Source: Candidatus Kapaibacterium sp.
GTDB lineage: Bacteria > Bacteroidota > Ignavibacteria > Kapaibacteriales > UBA2268
Length of the DNA: 64,000 bases
Assembly (NCBI GenBank): GCA_963665665.1
Contig: OY762428.1
Span: 448,001-512,000 of the forward strand
Reading direction: 5' to 3'
The position numbers and the translations under genes were made by a program. The notes under the pieces are model-generated. The model was not told the origin of the DNA. It worked only from the letters and a program-made list of their open reading frames with translations, and did not search any database. Below, in pieces: positions 21,224-30,200 of this stretch; the first letter of the stretch is position 1; each line of letters begins with the position of its first letter.

Positions 21224-23338
21224 TTACTCCCCGCAAACTTTCATTTTCTCAGCTTTGGCAGCTTTCAGCCCGAGCCTTTCTGCTATATCAAAATCCTGGC
21301 AGCATTCATTTTTATGCCCCATATTCAGATGGCAGTAGGCCCTGAGGAAATAAGCCTGCGCAAGCCGGGGATTCAGGTCGATAGCTTTTGTAAGGTCTTT
21401 CAGTGCGGCTTTCAGGCTTCCGAGGTGCAGCAAAGCCTCTCCCCTTTCCAGGTATGCCGAAGCATTTTTCCTGTCAAGTTGAATTGCCTTTTCCAGGTCT
21501 GGCAGGGCTTCCCTGAATTTACCAGCCTGAACAAGCAGGTATCCCCTGCTCAGGAAATATTCCGTTTCATTGGGGTTAATCTCAATTGATTTGGTAAAAT
21601 CGGCATAAGCTTCCGGAATACGTCCGCTTTCCAGCAGGGCGTGGCCACGCAGGTTATATAGCTTGGAATCTTTGGGATTAACCTTCAGGCCATTGCTGTA
21701 ATCAATTAGTGCAAGCTCCCTCCTGCCGGTTTCCATATACACATAGCCTCGGGTTCCATACAGTTTAAAATTATTAGAATCAAGGGCTATGGCTTTGTCC
21801 AGATTTTTTTCCGCTCCGGCCAGGTCTCCGCTTTTTACTTTTTCAACGGCATTCTGGTAAAGGAAATAATCATTATCAAGGAACTTTGGCTGCAGTTCGG
21901 TAAAGTCCCCCGGACGCAGATTCACAAATTCAGGTATATTGCACGCCCGGCCTGGCTTCCACATGTTTTCGAGTAATACAGGCGGAGAATCATTACCGTT
22001 CTCATCAATATGAGTAAGGTAAAGGCGCGTATATTTATCATGCATTTTGGATGAAAATACCAGCCATTTGCCATTAGGCGACCATGAATGCCAGGAGTTC
22101 ATATTGTCCGAATTGCATTGCATTTCCCTTGGCTCTCCTCCTTCTGCCGGCATAATAAACAGTTTGCTGTCCGGTTGGAGCAGCATAAAACTTTCCGCCT
22201 GGTTGAACACGATCCATTTTCCATCCGGCGACATCCTGGGATAATAGTTACTTTTTCCGTTTTTTGATGCTCCCGGCACAGGTTGGGCTTTGCCGCCCCT
22301 CCCCTCGTTGAAAGGTATGCGATAAATATCATATTTGAATTTTTTATCATGCAGAACAAAATCATCAGCAAGGCGGTTAAAAATAGAAGTATCCTTATCA
22401 AAAGCATTTGTAAAGCCGCTTTCGCCGGCCTTGATTGCCGTGGCTTTTGCAAATAGTATTTCCCTGCCGTCGGGACTCCAGGACGGATTAGACTGAACAT
22501 AATTTATATCATCTGCCCCCGGCAAAGCTGCATAAGTGCCTTTGTGCCTGTCGCTTATCACCAGGATACCGTGAATGGGAAAAAACAACTGAGAATAAGC
22601 CGTGTCCGGCCTTGTTACGAAGAAATTATGATCTTTTAATGTTGCAGCAATATATCTTCCCGAAGGCGATATATTAGCCAGAAGGCCGTAAGTAGGCTCT
22701 CCATCCTGATATTCGCTCCAGTGCATCATTTTGTACAGTACTGTTTTCTTAGCAATATCCGTGATCCCGTAGGCATCTTTGTCGCTGTGGGCATCAACAT
22801 CCATACCAAGCACCCTGCCGTTAGCCGAAAAGGAATGGCAATTTGCACACACGTGGATATTTTCCATGAGTATTGTTGAAGGCTCGTCAGAGGAAATATC
22901 CCCAATTCGCCATTTTATTTCTTTAAGGTTTGCAAGTGCATATTTAAACGGCAGAGGAACATCACGAAAAAATATGGGGGCAATAACAGAATCTTCCGAT
23001 ACAATTATTTTTACTGAGGATAATTCTTTACCGTAACGGTCGTTGAGAACAATTTTACCATTATTGCCAATACAGGCGGCCTTGAACTTTTCCCATTCAC
23101 CCCTTTCAGGTTTCCATTCTTTACCGTTAATTTTTCCTTCAATCTTTGTATCTCCTGATTCAAGAGAAATATTCATACCAACAGCATCGCCCGAGAATCG
23201 GATAACAGGAGATGCAATATCCGGTGGAAATATTGTATTTTCAGCGGGATAAGTTATAGCAATGCCATTATTGCCAGCAGATAAAAAATAAATAAAAAAT
23301 GCAGTTATTATTGAAATTAAGAAAAGCGTGCGTTTCAT
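21224..23338 (-). CDS. Exported protein with CxxCH motif, TolB-like PD40 repeats and C-terminal TPRs
   Basis: CANCHSF; SNPSWSPDG, YPRMSPDGKW, WHSWSPNGKW; several TPRs at the C-terminus. Confidence 0.85.
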   Translation of the reverse strand: MKRTLFLISIITAFFIYFLSAGNNGIAITYPAENTIFPPDIASPVIRFSGDAVGMNISLESGDTKIEGKINGKEWKPERGEWEKFKAACIGNNGKIVLNDRYGKELSSVKIIVSEDSVIAPIFFRDVPLPFKYALANLKEIKWRIGDISSDEPSTILMENIHVCANCHSFSANGRVLGMDVDAHSDKDAYGITDIAKKTVLYKMMHWSEYQDGEPTYGLLANISPSGRYIAATLKDHNFFVTRPDTAYSQLFFPIHGILVISDRHKGTYAALPGADDINYVQSNPSWSPDGREILFAKATAIKAGESGFTNAFDKDTSIFNRLADDFVLHDKKFKYDIYRIPFNEGRGGKAQPVPGASKNGKSNYYPRMSPDGKWIVFNQAESFMLLQPDSKLFIMPAEGGEPREMQCNSDNMNSWHSWSPNGKWLVFSSKMHDKYTRLYLTHIDENGNDSPPVLLENMWKPGRACNIPEFVNLRPGDFTELQPKFLDNDYFLYQNAVEKVKSGDLAGAEKNLDKAIALDSNNFKLYGTRGYVYMETGRRELALIDYSNGLKVNPKDSKLYNLRGHALLESGRIPEAYADFTKSIEINPNETEYFLSRGYLLVQAGKFREALPDLEKAIQLDRKNASAYLERGEALLHLGSLKAALKDLTKAIDLNPRLAQAYFLRAYCHLNMGHKNECCQDFDIAERLGLKAAKAEKMKVCGE

Positions 23339-23693
23339 TACTTCATCTTCAAAAATTCAAAACAATTTCTTATATCATAAATATAAAAAAAATTAGCAGA
23401 ATTGTACAGTAAGATCAAAATTTATTCAACAATTTTTGAAACCCTGCTTCCCTCCGGTTCAAAAATTATCAATAATATTTACCAGTAAGATATATGCAAA
23501 ATTTATTATTTGATTACTGTAAATATATTCCGAATTTTTTTCCTCTGAAAGAAAAACCTACGCAGAGCCATCCTGTAAAAGGCAAAAAATGAGAGTTTTG
23601 GAAAATCATCTTAGCATAATAATCACTGATTATATTCGTTATATTGCCGGAACGGTATATAAATATGAATTTTCAAATTACCGGGTTTGATTG

Positions 23694-23701
23694 TATATTT
23701 G
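23694..23701 (+). promoter_or_regulatory. TAnnTTTG -7 promoter element upstream of trxB
   Basis: TATATTTG 37 nt before the ATG. Confidence 0.45.
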
Positions 23702-23738
23702 AAATTATGGATTATCAGACAATAGAAAGGTTGACATA

Positions 23739-24698
23739 ATGAGTGAAAATAATGCTCAACACACTAAACTTGCAATTATTGGAACTGGTCCCGCAGGCTT
23801 TACTGCAGGCCTGTACGCCGGAAGGGCAAACCTGGAAGTGTTAATGTTCGAAGGCATGCAGCCGGGCGGACAGCTTACAATAACAACTGAAGTAGAAAAC
23901 TACCCGGGCTTCGTTGACGGAGTTCAGGGGCCTGAAATGATGGATATTTTGCGCAAACAGGCACATAAATTCGGCGCTCAGTCAATTTATGAAACTATCA
24001 CAAAGGTTGATTTCTCTGAACGCCCGTTTAAATTGTGGTCCGATTCAGATAAAATGTATACTGCCGACTCAGTAATTATTGCTACAGGTGCCACAGCACG
24101 CAAGCTTGACGGCACAAAAGGGCATGAAACATATTGGGGACGCGGCATTTCGGCTTGTGCCACATGCGACGGTTTCTTTTACAAAGGTAAAAAAATATTC
24201 GTTGTCGGCGGTGGTGACAGTGCTCTTGAAGAAGCAATTTACCTGACACACTTCGGCGAATCGGTAACGCTCATACACAGGCGTCAGGAATTCCGCGGAT
24301 CAAAAATCATGGTTGACCGTGCAGAAAATCATCCCAAAATTAATATTCTCCGCGACAGTGTTATCGATGAATTCCTTGGCGAAAATAAAATGGGATTTCC
24401 CAACCTGACATCCATAAACATTAAAAATGTAAAAACAGGTGAAATTGAAAACCACGCAGCTGACGGAGTATTTATTGCCATCGGGCACGTACCCAATACA
24501 ACAATATTCGAAGGCCTGCTTGATATGGACGATGAAAAATATCTGATTACTGATCCGAAATCAACATATACAAACATACCCGGCGTTTTTGCCTGTGGTG
24601 ATGTTCAGGATAAAACTTACCGCCAGGCAATTACAGCTGCCGGAAGCGGTTGCCAGGCAGCAATTGATGCAGAACGCTGGCTGACAGAACAGGATTAA
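23739..24698 (+). CDS. trxB: Thioredoxin reductase
   Basis: IIGTGPAG, GGQLTITTEVENYPG, redox motif CATCDG, VVGGGDSA, GDVQD..YRQAITAAG. Confidence 0.97.
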   Translation: MSENNAQHTKLAIIGTGPAGFTAGLYAGRANLEVLMFEGMQPGGQLTITTEVENYPGFVDGVQGPEMMDILRKQAHKFGAQSIYETITKVDFSERPFKLWSDSDKMYTADSVIIATGATARKLDGTKGHETYWGRGISACATCDGFFYKGKKIFVVGGGDSALEEAIYLTHFGESVTLIHRRQEFRGSKIMVDRAENHPKINILRDSVIDEFLGENKMGFPNLTSINIKNVKTGEIENHAADGVFIAIGHVPNTTIFEGLLDMDDEKYLITDPKSTYTNIPGVFACGDVQDKTYRQAITAAGSGCQAAIDAERWLTEQD

Positions 24699-24721
24699 AA
24701 TCAGTATAAATATTATTATTG

Positions 24722-24753
24722 GCCCGGCTGATTGATTTAGGCGGGCTTTTTTT
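24722..24753 (+). terminator. Intrinsic terminator after trxB
   Basis: GCCCG-CT...AG-GCGGGC followed by a T-run. Confidence 0.65.
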
Positions 24754-24926
24754 GATGTATATTAAGCATTTCAATCTGACACGATCAATATTATAAACCA
24801 GTACAAAAAACAAAACAACAGCGTACAATATTAGTCACACCTAAAATAATATTATATTCAATTCGTTGCTCCATTTACGGGTATGAATCCAAAAATGAAC
24901 TTCGGAAATGAATCAATGGAATTATT

Positions 24927-25337
24927 ATGAAACTTATCATTCTTTTATTTGTATTATTATCGATGATCATTATTTCATCCTGTACTGATAAAATTGTTAG
25001 TGAATGTGATGAAGATCTGACAACCGGTGCTTCAACATTTTCATCAATTCAAGCGGAAATATTTGATAAACATTGTGCAACTTCCGGGTGTCACGCTGGT
25101 AATCAGCCCGCCGGAGCTTTGTTGCTTACCGGAGATAATGTTTATAATAACCTGGTTGGTAAAAGCAGCAATCAGGTTTCAATGAACCTTGTGGAACCTG
25201 GTGACAGTAAAAACAGCTACCTGATAAAAAAACTTCTCGGAGAGGGCACGTCTCTTATGCCGCCACTTGGCAAATTGCCTGATGATTATATTAACAATGT
25301 AAGCGAATGGATTGATAATGGAGCAAACAATGATTAA
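24927..25337 (+). CDS. Lipoprotein with cytochrome c-like domain (CX4CH)
   Basis: Lipobox ISSC; CATSGCH; VEPGDSKNSYL..K, MPP and WIDNGA, typical of planctomycete-type cytochrome c domains. Confidence 0.75.
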   Translation: MKLIILLFVLLSMIIISSCTDKIVSECDEDLTTGASTFSSIQAEIFDKHCATSGCHAGNQPAGALLLTGDNVYNNLVGKSSNQVSMNLVEPGDSKNSYLIKKLLGEGTSLMPPLGKLPDDYINNVSEWIDNGANND

Positions 25338-25917
25338 AGATTTTTTCAGACATAGTTTTCTTTTTTTAGTAATAACTGCTTTATCAGTTCATAGTTTGTA
25401 TTCAGCAGAATGCCATGTAAACAAGGATAAAAACAATGTAGTAAAATTTATATCAGATGCCCCGCTTGAGGATTTTGAAGGAGTAACTGATAAAATCGAC
25501 GGATTTATTCATATTGAATCTATCGAATCCCTTGTTGGCAGCAAACTTTATTTCGAGGTTGACCTGAACTCATTAGATACAGGAATAGGACTTAGAAACA
25601 GGCACATGAGAGAAAATTACCTTCATACCGAAAAATTTCCGTTTACTTATTTCGAGGGTGAAATTACAAAATCTGAAAAAGATACGGATTCAAGGTATAA
25701 AGTATCTGTAGAAGGGCAAATATTCATTCATGGCAAAACAAAAGATATAGAAGCCAGTGGTTACATCACAACAAACAATGAAGGATCATACAGAATCCAG
25801 TCAAAGTTTGATATTGCTCTTACTGATTTTGATATAGAAGTGCCGGAACTGATGTTTATGAAAATTGATGAAAAAATGGACATTGTCCTTGATTTTTATG
25901 TTTTTAAGGTTGAATAA
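25330..25917 (+). CDS. YceI family protein
   Basis: LDTGIGLRNRHM, G.IFIHGKTK, DFDIEVP; ATG 25330 overlaps the upstream gene. Confidence 0.9.
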   Translation: MIKDFFRHSFLFLVITALSVHSLYSAECHVNKDKNNVVKFISDAPLEDFEGVTDKIDGFIHIESIESLVGSKLYFEVDLNSLDTGIGLRNRHMRENYLHTEKFPFTYFEGEITKSEKDTDSRYKVSVEGQIFIHGKTKDIEASGYITTNNEGSYRIQSKFDIALTDFDIEVPELMFMKIDEKMDIVLDFYVFKVE

Positions 25918-25935
25918 TATTAAAGTGGAATTATA

Positions 25936-26775
25936 ATGAAAAAAATCTTTATACCGATTGTTGCAATTATTATATTATCAGTTTCTTTAGCAAATTCACA
26001 AAGCACAAAATGGAAGAGGAAATCTGCACCGGTTAAACCCGAGCTCCAGCTTTTTCATTCCATTTTTGCCATTAACCTGCCAACTTCAGAAACACTTCAA
26101 TCCGGGAATTTTTATCTCGGTATAGCACACAGGTTTGCTGTACCTGTATCTTCAGGAATCGGCGACTTATGGGGAATCGACGGTTCGGTGGTTAACAGGT
26201 TTGATTTTGCCTATGCAATAACTAATAAATTATTAGCATCCGTCGGGCGTTCAAACCTTGATGGAAATATTGACTTACAGCTAAAATACAAATTCTTCAC
26301 AGATGACAATCAGGCTGTGCCAATCTCCGCAACGGTAATTGGAGGCCTGGCATATAACGGAAAACCTGCAATAGAACCAAAAGATGATTCACGGCTTTTC
26401 CAATATTTCGGTCAATTGGTCATCAACACGATGTTTATGAAAAAAATCGGATTTGGAATCGTTCCATCCTACTTGCAAAACAGCCATATTATCTGTACTG
26501 ACAACCAGTATTCCTTTACAGTCGGCCTTTACGGACAATATTATGTTAATGAAAACCTGAGTTTTATTGCAGAAGCCAATCCCACTGTTACAGGATGGCG
26601 TAACAAGTACGACAGCTATTCCGCAGGAATTGAACTTGAAACCGGCGGCCACTTCTTCAAGATAATTATTGGCAACAATACTGCAATGAACCCTACCCAA
26701 TTTCTTGCAGGCGCCACAGATGCATTTGACAGTGGAGACCTCCACCTTGGTTTCCATATAACAAGGAATCTTTAA
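25936..26775 (+). CDS. DUF5777-like outer-membrane beta-barrel protein
   Basis: INLPTSETL, IAHRF, LWGID, IELETGGHFF, LHLGFHITR; typical neighbour of YceI and cytochrome genes in FCB genomes. Confidence 0.8.
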   Translation: MKKIFIPIVAIIILSVSLANSQSTKWKRKSAPVKPELQLFHSIFAINLPTSETLQSGNFYLGIAHRFAVPVSSGIGDLWGIDGSVVNRFDFAYAITNKLLASVGRSNLDGNIDLQLKYKFFTDDNQAVPISATVIGGLAYNGKPAIEPKDDSRLFQYFGQLVINTMFMKKIGFGIVPSYLQNSHIICTDNQYSFTVGLYGQYYVNENLSFIAEANPTVTGWRNKYDSYSAGIELETGGHFFKIIIGNNTAMNPTQFLAGATDAFDSGDLHLGFHITRNL

Positions 26776-26818
26776 AACCAGTAAAAAATTAAAAATAAAT
26801 ATTTAATTTTAAAAAAAT

Positions 26819-26852
26819 AAAGACTGCTAATAAATTTGGCAGTCTTTTTTTT
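26819..26852 (+). terminator. Intrinsic terminator
   Basis: AAAGACTGCTAA-loop-TTGGCAGTCTTT followed by a T-run. Confidence 0.8.
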
Positions 26853-27210
26853 AAATAATATCGGAAAGAAAAATAATTACACTATATATCCTGATTTCAT
26901 TGTTGATGATTTTTGTAACTACTAAATGTTACATATATATTACTCTTTATCAATATAATTACTATAGAATTTTTAATAAAATATTTTTTTTAAATATTGT
27001 TGCAACATTTAGTAATTTTTTGTGTTATTATAAATTATTGATATATTTTATACTTACTGTAATTAATTTGTAACATTTGAAAAATGCCTGTGTTATTGTT
27101 TATGAGGTTAAAGATTGAGAAGGTCAACACAAGATGGCCTAAGAGGTTAAATTCTGGAATTTGTAAAACATAATCAACTTGTTTTTTTTCCACAATTTGC
27201 GGAGAACACT

Positions 27211-30200
27211 ATGTTCCAAAAACTACCTTTACGGGGCCTGATTTTATCGGCCATGGTGGGTGTGCTATTGATGTTTGGTACTCAAAGATCACAGGCACAG
27301 TTGCCAGACTACTGTATTCCGTTCGGGTTTGCCACATACAGTTACTGCTACTCGTATTATGGCTATATAACCTGGACGAAAATCCAATCACAGGACGGCG
27401 AGACTCTGCTCGACCAGACATCAGGTGACGACGGATGTTACAAGTTCTGGGAAGATATCACCTTCCAATTGGTTCCGGGCGTTACATACACTTTAACTGT
27501 TAAAACCCAGGGCTATTACTATGCCAGGGCCAGACTGTTTATTGACTGGAACCGCGATGGTAACTTCATTGATATACCTACGCAGAAAGAATTCTATGGT
27601 TATTCGGATGTATATTATTATAATAATAGTAATTGGACACCATATAATAATTATAATGGCGGAATAACTTATTCATTCGAATTCACGGTTCCCGATGACG
27701 CTTCCGAGACATATCGTATGAGGCTTATGAATGCCTATTACGTTTATTATTACTACTACAATTATCCGGATTACTGGTATGAGTATCAGTATTCAAATGC
27801 CTGCCTGAATGGTTACTGGTATGATTACATGGACTACTATGGCTATGATTATAACTATGGCTATGGCGAATGTAATGATTACAACTTCCAGGTATTCGGC
27901 GGTGTTAAAGATACATACCCGGGTAATGACGACATTCTCTTCGCCAATGAAGAATATGACGGCACAACCCGCCTGAAAAACGGCGAGATGACCGAATTCC
28001 CCAAACCTGCAATAATTTTCCCGGCTGAACCTGAAAACGGCGCTCTCGTGCAGTACTATATCTATGGCCCGGCACCTTCAACGAATGTTGTTTATGAAGG
28101 TTTGGCAGAATACCCCTCAAACTCAATAAATATTGATGTTGCTGATGCTGATTACAACACATATACCATTCAGCATTCAAGAGGTTTGTACTCATATCCT
28201 GAGACTCCTTATGGCGATGGTTCTTTTAAAGCAACGCGCGGCGGTACATACAAAGTATATGCCTACCAGCTTGAATCGCCTAAAGCAAAAATTAACACAT
28301 TTACAGTATCCTGGAACAATGATCTTTCAGTTTCAAGGATCGTTTCCCCAAGGAAAAATGTGGAACCGGACTTCTTCAAATATGTTCAGGGCCAGTCTAT
28401 CAGGGTAATCGGCCTGTACAGGAACGTTGGTATCAGCGATGTTACAGAATTTGAAGGAACAGCACGTATCTGGGATCCAAATGGAGAGCTTGTATATGAA
28501 GATACAAAAACTTATGAAGCTCCCCCGAGAGAAGTTCTCAGTACAGCAGATGCTGTTGAGCTTGAATTCGACAATGCAAGGTTCACGCAGACAGGTATTT
28601 ATACCATTGAAATGGAATGCGACCTGATAGACACAAGTGATGATGACTTTGATGGTGATCAGGACGATTACAATGATATAGTACCACGTTCTGACCTACC
28701 AGCTTATACATTCGAAATTTCATACGAAATCCAGCTTACAGCTGATATGATACTTCTTCCCCACGAAGATACTGAAGTACTCGTTAATCGTCCGTTCGTA
28801 CCGATGGCACAGTTCAAAAACTCAGGTATCGGCGATGCTTCAGACGTACCTGCAACTATGGTGGTGTATAACGAAGACGATCAGGTTGTTTACGAAAGTA
28901 ATATTATTATCCAGGATATTCCTTCCGGTAAATATAATACCAAGGTTGAGAGATTCGAACACATGACAATTTCCGAACCAGGAAATTACAGGGTATGTGT
29001 ATGGCTTACTGATCCTAATGACCCGCTGCGTGAAGACGATACTGTTTGCACAACATTCACAGTTGATGCAGGTATGCAGGGTACCTTCACGGTTGGTACC
29101 AGGTTTGAAGGCCAGACACGAAACTATACAACAATTGGCGATGTAATGGATGACCTTTATCTTAAAGGTATTACCGGTCCAATAACATTCGAATTGACTG
29201 ACAGCTATTATGAACTAGAAGAAAATTCATCTGAATTCGGTGCATGGGAATTCACATCAAGGATCATCGGACTTGGTTATGACCTTGAAACAGAAGATCC
29301 CAATACAATTACCTGGAAACCCCACAGGGACAGGGCAAACGTTAAAGGCGGAGTACATATTGTACTTAATTCAAACAGCGGACGCGGCGTAACATTCGGG
29401 CAGTCACACTACCCGCAGAATGACAATGCTATCGCCAAACGCTTCCCGACAAAAGCTAATGTTAATGCTCCGGGTTATATCGTATTTGACGGCGGCAGAC
29501 AAAAAGCTTTGAAATTTACTATTAACAGTAATTCAGAACATGCTTCAGGATTCTATCTTGGCCGCGGCTCAAGCAATATAACTGTTAAAAACTGTATTAT
29601 TGAAAACGGCAGGGATAATCTTAAAACACAGACAAGAATACCACTTGTAACATTTGATCCTTCACGCGGCTTTGGTTTCGAACCTGACGTATTCGAATCA
29701 AGCGGTGTTAGAACAAGCTTCTCGGCAGGTATCGCTTCAAGAAGCAGCCTGCTTAAAGTTGAAGAAAGTATGTTCATTGCTCTCGATACTCTTCCCAACA
29801 TGAACAACGTAATTGAAGGCAACGAGATCAGCGGCTTCGGTTATGGCATCATGTCGCTTGGTATCGGCGCTCTCTACATGCAGAACGAGAACTACTACCA
29901 GCGCTTCTATAATGAAGACAACACATACAGCAATAATACAATAACAGACTGTTACCGTGCAGGTATCCTTCTCGGCTTTGAAGAAGACAGTAAAGTAGAA
30001 GGCAACAGGATATATGACATGGGCGGTGCATCCAATGCGGCAGGCATCCTTCTTGGCGGAAACAGCCGTGATGACATTGACGGATATAACAACGTTGACA
30101 TCATGGTAAGCGGCAACGAGATCAGCGGTATTGAAGCCCGCGACTTTGCCTTCGGTATCAGCAACGAGCAGGTAAGGATAACATTCCAGAACCCGGGCGG

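Noticed and set aside
27736-27864. TAT/TAC microsatellite or DGR variable region
   Set aside because: Codons are mixed and interleaved with W/D/G/N codons, and no template repeat was seen; kept as a protein-level feature.
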